This document shows positions 30,305 through 43,901 of a DNA stretch of 64,000 nucleotides, in pieces. A program made the position numbers and the translations under genes. Origin of the DNA: the human T2T-CHM13v2.0 reference genome, Homo sapiens; assembly GCF_009914755.1 (NCBI RefSeq), contig NC_060939.1. One strand, written 5' to 3'. The notes beneath the pieces were generated by a model. The model saw only the letters and a list, made by a program, of their open reading frames with translations. It was not told the origin of the DNA and ran no database searches. The first letter of the stretch is position 1. Every line of letters starts with the position of its first letter.

Positions 30305-30826
30305 GTAAACAATTAGCAGTGGCCGTCATAATGTGTAAAAAGAGAAAACTAGTCTGTTGATGGCAGAAAAGAGTGAAGAAATGGTTCTTTCCTGAAGAAA
30401 ATGAAGGTTATCAGCAATTTTTAACTTATTATGCTTTTAAGTACTTTTCCATTTAAATAATGATACAATAAGGCAGGTACTGAAGCATGGGTCTATGGAC
30501 ACTGTGTCAGAGGGGCCAGGTCTGAGACAGCCATCATCCCTGTCATCTCCCTGAGGAGGTGACTGGGCCGCAAGGACCCCACGTGGACAGTGGCCAGGTG
30601 GAAGAGTGGTGTGGGATGGGCACCCCTCCTCCCTTCAGAGGAAGCTGGCTGTGAGGAGGCAGATAGCTCACCAGCGGGGACCCACCCGGCAGCCGCAAGT
30701 ACTGGGAAGTCTCAAGTCGGTCCCCAAGTCAAACGTGGTATAGGTCAAATCCCCGTGAAAATGCCTTAGCCCACCCGTCAAGTGCAGACGTCAGACCCAA
30801 GGCCAGCAGCACCGGTTGTTCCCCCA

Positions 30827-31016
30827 CAACTGATTTGGGACCTTGATCACATCTGCAAAACCCCTTCACAGAAACACCGAGTATTTGACTAACTGGGAGA
30901 AAGAAGGTGAGTACAGACCACAGGCAGGATCCTGGGGCCATCTTAGAATTCTGCCAGCCACAGCACGATTGCATCACTGCTTCTCAGTTTTTCAGTTTGG
31001 AGCCTGTCTGTTGACT
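30827..31016 (+). repeat. Local duplicate of 36220-36395 (MLT1E end plus flank)
   Basis: Manual alignment gives about 8 substitutions and 3 indels (12, 3 and 1 nt). Confidence 0.92.
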
Positions 31017-31101
31017 ACATTTGTTCCCCCCAGGGTTGAAAGGGATCCTTTTCTTGTGTTTGAGCACTAGACCAGTAGTTTCTTGGTTTATAGAAACTAT
31101 A

Positions 31102-32265
<1,164 letters not shown>

Positions 32266-34894
32266 ACTGTATGAACAATCTCTGCCTTGAAGCAGGGGGT
32301 TCCTTCAGCTCAGCAGGGCCATGAGCTCAGGGGATCCCTGGTCCCTCCTTGCTTGCACTGAAGGTCTCCCTGAGATCAGGGGCAGCCCCCATGCCAGCCG
32401 GTCCTCTCTGTGTTGCAGGCACGCGGTGGAGCCACTGTAGTAGAGATGTGTGCACACCGCTGGGGTGGTTACATTCATGGGCAGCTCCCCTGGATGTCTC
32501 ACTGTCAGCAGGCCCAGGAATCCAGGCTGCAGTTCCTGAGCTGAGCTGTCTCAGTCCAGGATTACCGCGTCATAATGACACCTGGGCAGATAAAGGTCTT
32601 TGAGGAGAGACTTCAAGGAGACCACAGATGTGGCTGGAGAATTCCCCCATTGACTGGGCACCTATTTCCTGAATGGCTGCTCATCCAAGGCACCGGGCGC
32701 CAAGGGGAGATGGCTGGTGACTGACCCCAGAGCTGGCTGAGAGCCATGGGCATTCTTACCCCATTGGAGAGGAGTTGTTTAAGGATCTACCTTGTATCCA
32801 CCCACCAGACCCAATGCAGACCCCTCAAAGGGTCCCAGTCAGTGGTTTCCAGTGGGAATGATTTCTGGACTTTCAGGAAGTGACTTCAGGTTGGAAATGG
32901 CAGCCTTGTGGCTGCTCTCAAGTTTCCTGTAATATGATTAAATCTGATTTTTAACTTCTTCTCCTTTCTCTTTCATTGAGGGGAAAACAGTCTTTTTTTT
33001 ATTCCTGGAATATTAACATCCCTCTTGGTGCAGTTCTCTGCTCTACACAGGAAACAAGTTCACACCCCATACCAAATCAGAAAGCTCCAGTTCAAAGAGG
33101 CTCAGATAGAAAGAACTACTGAGACCTATATTCTGAAAATATTTTAAATCAATTTGTTGAACTATAAAATCAGGGCAAGAGCTCCTGACTCTTCAATATA
33201 CTGTCCTACAAAGACAGCCCAGGGCCCATAAAACTAACTGAATACATGAAGAACATGATAGATTGAGGATTCACTGCCTGCCGCCCCCAGGTTAACAACA
33301 GACCATGTGTGCTGATTGCTGAGCTCAACCTGACCATGAGTGACCTAGCAGTTCATTTCCAGCTCCACTTCCTGTGATTTGATGGTGCCTAGATGCTACT
33401 GACTGGTACTCACTTTAGCAGTAACAAAAAGAAAAACTTCATGTGTATCGGAACTGCTAATCCTTGCCATCTTTCAGCTCTAGATGCAAACAGCCCAGAA
33501 TTCAAGGCAATCATAGCCTACATTGTTCATGATAAATCCTCCCAATCCCATTAATAAGAACACTCATTAGAATGGATTCCCATGACAGCCCAGAATGAAC
33601 CAGCCTGGCTCTCCCTGAATTGATTTGGTAAGTCCCTGCGTTAACTGGCTAGCTTCCTGTAGGCTGGCAGTGGGGGCACCAGTGTGAGGTGAAAGGACTC
33701 TAGGCCAAGAGCCTGGGCTCTGCATCTTGCTACGTGTGGCTCTCGGAGTCTCTTGGCCTGATGGAGGCTGAGTTTTCTCACCTGGACATGTGAATGAACG
33801 GCACCTTCTGTGTAGAGTTCCTGTGTGTGTCAATGTGCCTGGTGAGCGCTGATGGGTGGGGGTTTATTGCCATTGATCAGAGGCTTGGCAGGAATCTCAG
33901 AGTCAATGGGATAAAACGCAGCATTTGACCCTGAGACCTAACTGGGGAGAGGATCACCAGTTACGAATGGCAGACAACCAAGGAGTGAGAGTGGAAGGGG
34001 ACACGTAGAATGGATAATTGTCATCAAGGCTGGAGATCGTCCCAGATCACGACGGAGGGCAGGGATCCCATGTCAGTTTTCATGTTTAGGAGTGGGAGCC
34101 ATCTGCTCTGGCAAGCCTAGAAGGGATCGTCCGTCATTTTAACATGCTTCCCTTGTACATTTGTTGCAGACACTGTAAATACCTCTCCAGTGTTTCGATG
34201 GCTCGGATTCAGAAGCATTGCTGGTTTTAATCTTTCCCCGTGTAAATGTGCACCAGATGTGAAGTTGGCTTTCGTCCTTTAGAACTTGATCAATTATTTT
34301 GCACTCTGGACTAATGGGAGACAGGGCATGAAAACAGAGTTTTCTACCCCGATCCCATGTCATACGACAGAAAATGGCTCATTCTTTGTACAACGCCAAA
34401 CCATCAGTGACTGAGATGAGGTTTTTCTCAGAAGTTCCTCATCCAACAACCCTATTCTGAAATGGTCAGGCTTGAGGGCTGCAAAAGCTTTGGGGTCAAA
34501 GCCCTCCTTGGATGGAAGGATTCCTTGGTGACATTATGAGTACATTAGGAGACAGGTCAAAAGCAGATAGGAGAGTGTGTGGGGGGCTTGAGCACTTACA
34601 CATGACTCCTGGGCTGAGGAGGACATTGCCTGCCCTCTGAATTGGGGGGCACTGAGCGCTGACACTATGAGACATCCTGGATAAACCAAACCACCCTCAG
34701 CTCCAGGCTGGGCTCTGTGAGCAGAAGCAGGGCTTGCAGGCAATGGCTACCCTGGGAGAAAGGGAGGACGGTGCCCAGAGTGGGCATCTCACAGCCTGGC
34801 TGTCACCAGGAAGCCTAGAGAGCCACACTCCAGAAAAAAGTCCAGCCCCACTCTACCTGGCACCTGTTGTTTTTCTTCCCTGTCCCATTTTCCA

Positions 34895-35560
34895 CATTGA
34901 TTACGGTAGGCTAAGTCCCAGTAACAGGTGGACCCCAGCGTATATTGTGGTTCAAACACAGTGATGGTTCGGGAGCATGTTCTTGGCCAAAAGACTTTTG
35001 CGTCCCAGGCTCGTTCTATTTGGTGGCTCCATCATCCCCTAGAGCTCTGTCGCCATAAGCATGCAAATGGCAGGCAGGGAAGGGAAGCTACAGCATGGAG
35101 ACCTGCTCTCTTAAAAGCCCCAGTGCAGAGGTGACAGGCAGCCCCTCCACTCATACTCCCATGTTGAGAATTAGTCACCTGCTCACAACTAACTACCAAG
35201 GTGTCTGGGAAGGCCGGGTGCTGTGGCTCACGCCTGTAATCCCAGCACTTTGGGAGGCTGAGGCAGGCGGATTACCTGGCTAACACGGTGAAACCCCGTC
35301 TCTACTAAAAATACAAAAATTAGCCGGGCATGGTGGCATGCACCTGTAATCCTAGCTACTCAGAAAACTGAGGCAGGAGAATCGCTTGAACCCAGGAGGC
35401 AGAGGCTGCAGTGAGCAGATTGTGCCACTATACTCCAGCCTGAGCAACAGAGCGAGGCTCTGTCAAAAAACAAACAAACAAACAAAAAGGTGTCCGGGAA
35501 GTGAACTGAGTCGCAACTGTGGAGAGGAGAGATTTCACTGGGCAGCTAGTAGTCTCTGAC
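34895..35560 (-). mobile_element. Old MaLR LTR (MLT1K/L-like) split by an Alu
   Basis: ggtaggctaagtcccagtaaca...attagtcacctgctcacaactaactaccaaggtgtctgggaa. Confidence 0.5.
35212..35486 (+). mobile_element. Alu with deleted B-box region
   Basis: ggcggattac joined to ctggctaacacgg; TSD AAGGTGTCYGGGAA at 35198-35211 and 35487-35500. Confidence 0.93.
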
Positions 35561-35744
35561 CCCATCTTTTGATTTTTGTTTTTCCTTACATCTAAGTTAA
35601 CCATGCATATCACTTGAAGAGTCAAGTCATTCTATAAGGTTTGTTAGGAAACACAGCAGTCCTTCCCTCCTTTCCTCCCCTTTCCATCCCTAGAAATTAT
35701 CTCTTTTTCCTCTTTTACCTAATTATTTCCACGACTCAAACAGC

Positions 35745-36340
35745 ATGGGTATTCGTTTTCCACTGCTGCATAACAAAACAGCACAAGCTTAGTGGCTGGA
35801 GACAGCACCGGTTTAGCATCTCGAGGTTCTGTGATCAGAAGCCTGGGCAAAGTGCAGCTGGGTTTCTGCTCAGGGTCTCAAGAAGCTAAAATCAAGGTAT
35901 TGCCCAGGCTGTGTCCACTGCAGCTTGGGTCCTTGTGCAAGCTCCACGTGGTAAGAGTCTTCTTTGTGGTTACAGGGCTGAGGTCTCCATTTCAGTTGAC
36001 TGCCATCCGGGGGCCACTGTCAACTACCAGAGGCTGCTGGAGTTCCTTGCCATGTGGCCCCTTTGTCTTTAAAGCCAGCAATACGGACTCTTCCTCACTT
36101 CAAATCCCTGTCTTGCTTCTACTCTCTCTGAGCTCCCTGTCTCTGACCTTTGACCCAGATTGAAAGGGTTTACAGGATTAGTACAGGCCCACCCAGATAC
36201 CGTCTCCCTATCTTCCAGTCAACTGATTTGGGACCTTGATCACATCTGCAAAACCCCTTCAGTGTTTGACTAACTGGGAGAAAGGTGAGTACAGACCACA
36301 GGCAGGATGCTGGTGCCATCTTAGAATTCTACCAACCACA
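35745..36340 (-). mobile_element. MaLR LTR (MLT1E-like), near full length
   Basis: ctgctgcataacaaa...aaatcaaggtattgcccaggctg...gccatcttagaattctaccaaccaca terminus. Confidence 0.8.
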
Positions 36341-36785
36341 GCACGATTGCATCGCTGCTTCTCGGTTTTTCAGTTTGGAGCCGTGTCTATTGACTTCCCA
36401 TTATGTAGACAGGGACTTCCCTCCCACCCCTGTGCCATGTGTACACATGAGTGCCCAATTCCCCTACCAGATCCATACAGAAAAGCTTATAAGATCAGTG
36501 TTTAGTATTCATTATTACCATTATGAAAACACTATTTGCAACTGTGCCAAGTAGTCAACTGTAACGGACTTTCCTTTTGTTTTCTTTGGAGCTTTTTATG
36601 GTCTTTTCTCTTCATTTAGTTTTCTGTCTACTTATTATTTCAATCCCAAACCCTTCACCAGTTTTCTCAATCTTCTCAAGTCAGATTGGGTATTGGAGAA
36701 ACTCTTAATGTGTCCCTGAATAGTTCAGTTCCTTGCCTTTTGGGGACATCATGGGTCTACTCCTGGCTCCCTGTGGACAGGATGG

Positions 36786-37478
<693 letters not shown>

Positions 37479-37479
37479 G

Positions 37480-38850
37480 GTCCATATGACCAGTTATGAG
37501 CAGAAATGATGTGTGTCACTTCTGTGCCAATGCAAGACCTTACAGAAAGTCCCTTTTTCCTCTGCCATGGTGACTGTCAGAGAGTGGCTGCTTTGTTGAT
37601 CTGAGTGCTGGGGTGAGGATGATAATGACAGACAGCAACGTCTCCATCCAACCCTCAATGTACTGAGAATTAGGCTTTTGTTATTTTAAGCCATTGAGCT
37701 TCAGGAACTATTTGTTACTGTAGCATAACTTAGCTGATCCTGACTGGTCCAGAGAATAGTAACCAGGAATGGGGCACTGCTGCAACAGAAAACAAGATAT
37801 GTGGCTGATCAAGCAGGCAGTGGGAAAATGGATTCTGAAGGCTCGAAGCATGGCCATCCATGTATTGAATGGCATAATATTTAGTAAATTGTCACCTTGG
37901 ATAACTTAAAAGGTTCAGGGAAAAGAGACTAAGGGTGTTACTCTACCATCAAAGACTGAGAGGCTCAGAGGATCTGCAATTAAGTTGAGAGACAGGCATG
38001 TCTTGAAAAGTACTGTGAGTAGATACAATGAAACCAAGTGAAAGCAAAGAGACTAGGTAAGATGTTAACTACATTTTTGAGAAACTAGCAGTGCCCAAAA
38101 CTAGGATTAATACAATCTGTGGCTGGAATACAATTTCCGGCCTCCAGAACTGTGAGATATAAATTGCAAAAGGAAAAACTTCCCGAGGGTGGAGTAAAGC
38201 CCTGACTGCCCCATCCTCAAACTCCACAGTGAGCAGATTTGAGGCTATTCAAGGACTAGTCTCACTTTAGGGCAGGGGGCAGTATCTGCCCAGCAGGGTT
38301 TCAGGATTGCTATGGATACTGTCTACTGTGTGTCTCCCCCTCCTCCCTTTTCTGAATTAGGCTGTTAGTTGTGTTATTCTGTCTCTTTGCACTTTCAGCA
38401 TTGGGTGTGCATACGAGCAGCGGGGGCCCAGACAATTCATCTTTAGGCCGTAGGTCTCTAAACCAAGAGGAACCACATGAGCCACATGAAGAAGCCACTG
38501 TTCCTCCCACGGGGGTCCTGGGCTTTGACTGGCTGCCATAGAATGTCCCTCACCTCAAATTCCTGTTATCCTGTCTCTGGGCTCTAGACTCAGACTAAAA
38601 AGGCATGTGAGATGGGTCAGGCCCACCCAGGGAGGGGTAAAATGTATTTTGTGTGTGGGAAAGAAGGGATAGTTAACACCCTTGGGTCCATGCTATCCCT
38701 TGTCTTCTGTGCGGCAACCAGCACATTCTAGACAGAGGCTGCTCCATCAACCTGCTGTCCCCAGGTGCCTCCCTATGGACACGCAGCATGGCCAGAAATA
38801 AACCTTTGAGCTTTGCAGTGTGGCCCAGCCTCTCCTGACTGATACAGGGA
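37480..38850 (+). mobile_element. Old MLT1 LTR followed by MaLR internal-region remnants
   Basis: LTR 3' end (ttttgttattttaagccattgag...gttactgtagcataacttagc) followed by int-like gtaaccaggaatggggcactgctgcaacag. Confidence 0.5.
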
Positions 38851-38899
38851 CTCTGTTCATTCTACCTCTTGAAGACGTGTTCCTGGAGCTGCCGATCTG

Positions 38900-40500
38900 C
38901 TCCAGCCTGGGCTGCTGACACTCTGCACCTGGCTGGGCAGCTATCACCTGGGACTTACTTTCCCTTCCATCCTGCAATGACTTCCCTGCTTTGTGGATCA
39001 CGTCTCCTGCTTTCTTGGTTTACATCTTTGTTTTGATGAAGTATAATCTCTGGTGGCTTCCTACTATGAGAAAGGATGCATGGGGGATAAATTTTTTGAA
39101 ACCTCATGCGTCTGAAAAATACTTGGTTTATAGTTTGGCTGGGTGAAGGCTGGAAAATAATTTTCCTTTACATTTATTTCCCATGGCTTTGTTCCCTTCC
39201 TTCTAACTTCAACTGGTTGTTGTGGAGAGGCCCACAGTCATTCTGACCCGACTATCCGTAGGTGACCTGTTTTAATGTTAGGACACTTTTGTCCCCTGCA
39301 TTCTGAAACTCACCAATGATATGCCTTGGCGTAGAGCTATTCTTTCCCACTGTGTTGGGCTCTCTCCCTTTCAGCATATGTCGTGAAGGCCTCTCTTGGA
39401 TTAATAATTCATTGACGATTTTCTCTCTTGTGTTTTCTCTGATCACCTGTTTGGGTCCCTACTCATTGATCAATAATTTTTTTGGTTGGTCCACTAATTT
39501 AGCTTTTCTCTACTTTCCATTTTTTAAAAAAAATTTTGGTTCTACTTTCAAGGAGGTTTTTTACTTTTACATTTCTGCTACCTTGTAAACATCTCAAGAA
39601 CACTTTTTTTCCCCTGAATGTTTCTTTATATATGTTCTCCCTTCACAGGTTGTATGTCTTTTAAAATTTAATGACATTATTGATGGTTTTGTTGATGTTT
39701 CTTTCTTTCTGCATAGTCTGTTTCTTCCAACTTGCTTTTTAAAAACTCTATTGTGGCTTTGTATTTCATGACACAGGGTTTCCTGAGATGCCGGTCAGCT
39801 CTGGCTCCCTGCTTGTCCTTGGCCTGGGAGGGACTGAGAGGCTGATGAGAACTTCTGTGCACATGAGTGGCAGTGTTAACTGTGGCCTTCCCTATAGGGT
39901 GAGCTGGCTGTTTAATTGGGCAGCCACAAATGTTAGAATGTCTGGGTGTTTCCCCTTGGCATGGTTGGCTACCCCAGGAAAGACCCTTCTAGTCTCCTGG
40001 CTGCTTGCATTCTGAAATCCCAAAAAGGGGTTTGTGGGTCTCAGCATCCAGTATCCATGTGTGTATTTAATCCCCTGATCCTATTACCGTACCTCTGTCC
40101 TTAATTGTGCCTGGTGTCCACCTACCCAAGACGCTGCCTTTTAGTTTTTTCAGGTCATAAATATCCAGCCTTTCGTCAGAACAAGGAAGGGGCAGTTGTC
40201 AGGCTGCATGAAATTGGGGTGCAGATATGGGCATCTGAGTGCTCCTCAAGCTGACGTTCTGCCAATCTTATTTTCACCCCCGTTTACTCTCACATTCAGA
40301 GGTACGTAGTGCCACCCATTAGTGAACCTTCTGGGGGATTCCATGGAGTATGTTCTTAGCTTTCCTTCCTAGCTACTATCTCAGGGTTTCATTTTCTTGG
40401 ATCTGCTAAGTATTTTAGCTTCAAGAACTGCGTTGCTGTTACTTCCTCTCTTGTTCTCCCTGTCTTTGTGGATTTCTGCCTTCTAACAAATGCTCCAGAA
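38900..40500 (-). mobile_element. Degenerate L1ME-like ORF1/5' fragments
   Basis: Minus-strand peptide KNSSTPRHIIGEFQNAGDK resembles L1 ORF1 (STPRHIIVKF). Confidence 0.6.
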
Positions 40501-42579
40501 GGAAGTTAAAGTCAATACATACTAACCATCCACCAACTTTACCCAGAAACTCAACCACCCTTTCAGCCTTCAGTCTCTATACTCCCCAGACACACCTGCT
40601 CTGCTTTTCTGTTGCTTCCATTTGAAACGAGACGACCCAGCCCTCACATATACATATGCCATCTCTGTCAAAATCTTACTTAGAAAAGAAAACATGGACT
40701 CTTAGCTAAGAGGAGATTTTCTTTGGGGAAGAGCTGTCTGTCCGGAAGACCCTTCCATGTAGGTTTGGGATAAAGTCAGTGAACACCACGACAATCATCA
40801 AATGAGTGGATTTTTGAGAAACCAGCCAAGGAGCTCAGTTTTCTATACAGAATGCCACAGAGCACAGTCAAAATTCTTTGGGACCCACATTCTTGGAAAA
40901 CTCTTAGGGGGGTGCATCAATGCAGAGGACCCTTGACCACGTAGGGCATCCCCTCACCCAAGGCAGGCCTGTTTTGTTCATGGCTGTAGTAGCCTAATAC
41001 TAGAATAGTGCAGACTCTAGACGGCCTACCATTGTGTATGCCGGCTGGGGTGACCCAGTGGGGAGACGTGGCACCTTGAAGATTGGGGAGAATTCTGCTG
41101 GCTGGAAAGGGGCCAGGAGGGTATGGGTGGCTGATAAGCTGGTGTAGGACCACTCCTTCCTTAAGAAGTGACTAATTGTGACATGTGGTGGGAATAGAGG
41201 AACATTCCGAATCATTACTTGGTCAGGACACACGTCTCTTATTAAATGTCATCAACACAATCTGCCTGGAAGAAACACGATTACTTTCTACCAAGCACAG
41301 ACCCTCCTAAAGGGACCAGACCCAGTCCAGCACCTTTAGTCTCCCCAGAGGGTAGCAACTCAATCAGCGAGACCGCATTTCAGGGTTTTAGTTACAGATA
41401 CTGAGGGTGCTCAAACATCCATGCAGTTTGCTGTTCACCGTAACACGCAACCCAGAATGGCCGTTTCGGTCCCTCGTCGGTTACCTGAAAACCAGTCTTA
41501 CTGAGCTCCAACCCCAAATTAATTTGGTGAGAACTCGAACTCGGCTATTAACCTTAATTCTGAGAGAAGAATGACACCCCCCTCCCACTGCGAGGGTCCA
41601 CTGAGGGTGAGTGCCCGGGCTCCTTCATTCTCCAGGCTCCTCTCAGAACACAGCAAGGGTGGCTGACTCCTTCGAACGTCCATTAAGCACAATGCACCGG
41701 GGCGAGGCAGTAGGGGGTTTGCTGAGCCCGGTTCCGCGGCGGTGGGAAGTTATTCACCGGCGTCTCCGAGGACGGCCCAGGCCTGGAGAATGGCTGGGGC
41801 CGCGGGCTGGGGTAGGGGTTACCGTGAGAGTCAAGGGCAAGGTGGCCCAGCCCGGGCTGGGAGGCGCGGGCTGGGCGCAGCCGAGCATTTCCTCCGGGAG
41901 GCCCAGACAGCGGGCGGGTGGGGCGCGGTGGGCGGGGTCCTCGCAGCTGGTGGCGTTTGAAGCCCCCCCGACCGCGGTGGGAGAGGGGCAGCCTAGAAGA
42001 GTTGGCAGCGGGCCTGCGGCGGGATGGGGAGGAAGGGGCCCCGCGTTCCCTCAGCAGCGGCGCCGGCCGCCCTGGCACGTAGTTCGCTTCTGGAGGCACA
42101 GGCCGCGGTGGGCGCGCCACCCGGGCTGCCAGGCTCACCGCCAGCCGAGGCCAGTCCTGCTCGGGCTGACCCGAGCTGAAGGGCAGCGCGGCCGCACCCC
42201 GGACCCCAGGAACGAGCCCGAGTCTGTCCCTCCCGCGGGAGCTGCCCCGCCCGGACTCCCGGAGCTCTGCAAGGCAGGGGCGTGGGGAGGGCGAGCGGCC
42301 TGAGGCTCTAGGCGCGGCCACCCGGCAAGCCGGCGGCGGAGGGCGCGGCGCGAGTGCGTTCCGCCCCTAGGCAGCCCCGCGCCCGGCCGGGCAGACACGC
42401 CTCCCCGCCGGCGCCCATCGCGGGAGGAACAAATGGCGCCCTCCAGAAACCGCTCCCCTCCATGCCGGGGGCCAAGGCTGTCACCACATAAAAGCTCCGG
42501 CAGAGAAGTGCTCGCTGTGTCCCCGCCGCGGGGGGTACAAGCAGCCGCTCCGCGCCGCGACTACCCGGCCCGCCGCCCC

Positions 42580-42960
42580 CGGACGTCATGCGTCAGCGCG
42601 CCCCGCTCCAGTTTCCGCCCCTCCTCCCACCGGCCCAGGGGACACGCCCACTGGCGCGCGCAGGGCCCGGGACCGGGCACGCCCCTCTAACGGCTCGGAT
42701 TGGCCTGGCCGTGCACTCACGGACCAATGGCGTCTGTCCCGGCCCTCGGTCACGCCCCCTTGCCCAGGCGCGGGCACGCGACCGCTCCGTTCCGCCGGTG
42801 CGCGCTCTGGGGTCCCCGCCCCCTCCGCGCGCGCAGCTCCCCGCAGCCGCCGCCGCCTGTAACCTGCGCCGCCAGGATGTGGCTGGGGGCTGACGTCGGG
42901 TCCAGATGTGGCCCCGGCCCCGCCCACCCCCGGGGCCGGGCCGCCCACACGGAGCCGCGG
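42580..42960 (+). promoter_or_regulatory. KLF13 TATA-less proximal promoter
   Basis: CRE-like GACGTCA 42582, TGCGTCA 42589, TGACGTCG 42891; CCAAT boxes GATTGG 42698 and CCAAT 42724; KLF/Sp boxes CACGCCC at 42643, 42678, 42751; several CCGCCC. TSS position is inferred, not seen. Confidence 0.7.
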
Positions 42961-42989
42961 CGCGCACGGCAGCTGTCCCGCCTGCCACA

Positions 42990-43034
42990 ATGCGCGGCGA
43001 AGCTGCGGCCGCGACTTGGCGAGGTGGTCCCTAA
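42990..43034 (+). other. uORF1 (MRGEAAAATWRGGP*)
   Basis: gccacaATGc (A at -3) to TAA; in the leader only if the TSS lies upstream of 42990. Confidence 0.55.
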
Positions 43035-43106
43035 CGTTGCCGCTCGGCATCCTTAGAACCGGCCGCCCCTGACGCCGCGCGGGGACCCCAGTCGCCCGCG
43101 CGCCCC

Positions 43107-43169
43107 ATGCGCTCACTCTTCGGTGCCCGGCCGGGCCGGCGCCTCGCAGACGCGGAGCCGCGCGGGTGA
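43107..43169 (+). other. uORF2 (MRSLFGARPGRRLADAEPRG*)
   Basis: ATG 43107 to TGA 43167-43169 upstream of the main ATG. Confidence 0.6.
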
Positions 43170-43270
43170 CGGCACAGGCGGCTGCGCGCCCAGCCCAGCC
43201 CAGCCCAGCCCGAGGAGAGGGCGCGCCGCGCCCCCGCCCCCCGCCCGCTCTCCCGAGGCCGTGGGTGCGG

Positions 43271-43282
43271 ATGCGCGGCTGA
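43271..43282 (+). other. uORF3 (MRG*)
   Basis: ATG CGC GGC TGA, in frame with the main ATG and ending 42 nt before it. Confidence 0.6.
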
Positions 43283-43324
43283 CGACTCGCAGCAAGAGCA
43301 CCGCCGCCGGCCCCAGCCCGCAGC

Positions 43325-43901
43325 ATGGCAGCCGCCGCCTATGTGGACCACTTCGCCGCCGAGTGCCTCGTGTCCATGTCGAGCCGCGCGGTCGTGCACG
43401 GGCCGCGGGAGGGGCCGGAGTCCCGGCCCGAGGGCGCGGCCGTGGCCGCCACCCCCACGCTGCCCCGCGTCGAGGAGCGCCGCGACGGTAAGGACAGCGC
43501 CTCGCTCTTCGTGGTGGCGCGGATCCTAGCGGACCTCAACCAGCAAGCGCCGGCGCCCGCCCCGGCGGAGCGCAGGGAGGGCGCCGCGGCCCGGAAGGCG
43601 AGGACCCCCTGCCGCCTGCCGCCGCCCGCCCCCGAGCCCACCTCCCCCGGCGCCGAAGGCGCGGCGGCCGCGCCCCCCAGCCCGGCGTGGAGCGAGCCGG
43701 AGCCCGAGGCGGGGCTGGAGCCCGAGCGGGAGCCGGGGCCCGCGGGGAGCGGCGAGCCCGGCCTCAGACAAAGGGTCCGGCGGGGCCGAAGTCGCGCCGA
43801 CCTCGAGTCCCCGCAGAGGAAGCACAAGTGCCACTACGCGGGCTGCGAGAAAGTTTACGGGAAATCTTCGCACCTCAAGGCGCACCTGAGAACTCACACA
43901 G
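43325..43901 (+). CDS. KLF13: KLF13 coding exon 1 (codons 1-192 plus 1 nt); gene continues beyond window
   Basis: [33 protein letters not shown]...[15 protein letters not shown]...[46 protein letters not shown] matches recalled human KLF13: AAECL Sin3-interaction motif, basic NLS, first Sp/KLF C2H2 finger. Kozak agcATGG. Donor ACAG|GTCAGT at 43901/43902 splits the TGE linker (phase 1). Confidence 0.98.

Noticed and set aside
41514-41527. 14-bp palindrome CCAAATTAATTTGG
   Set aside because: A few palindromes of this size are expected by chance in 64 kb; not a canonical CArG box.
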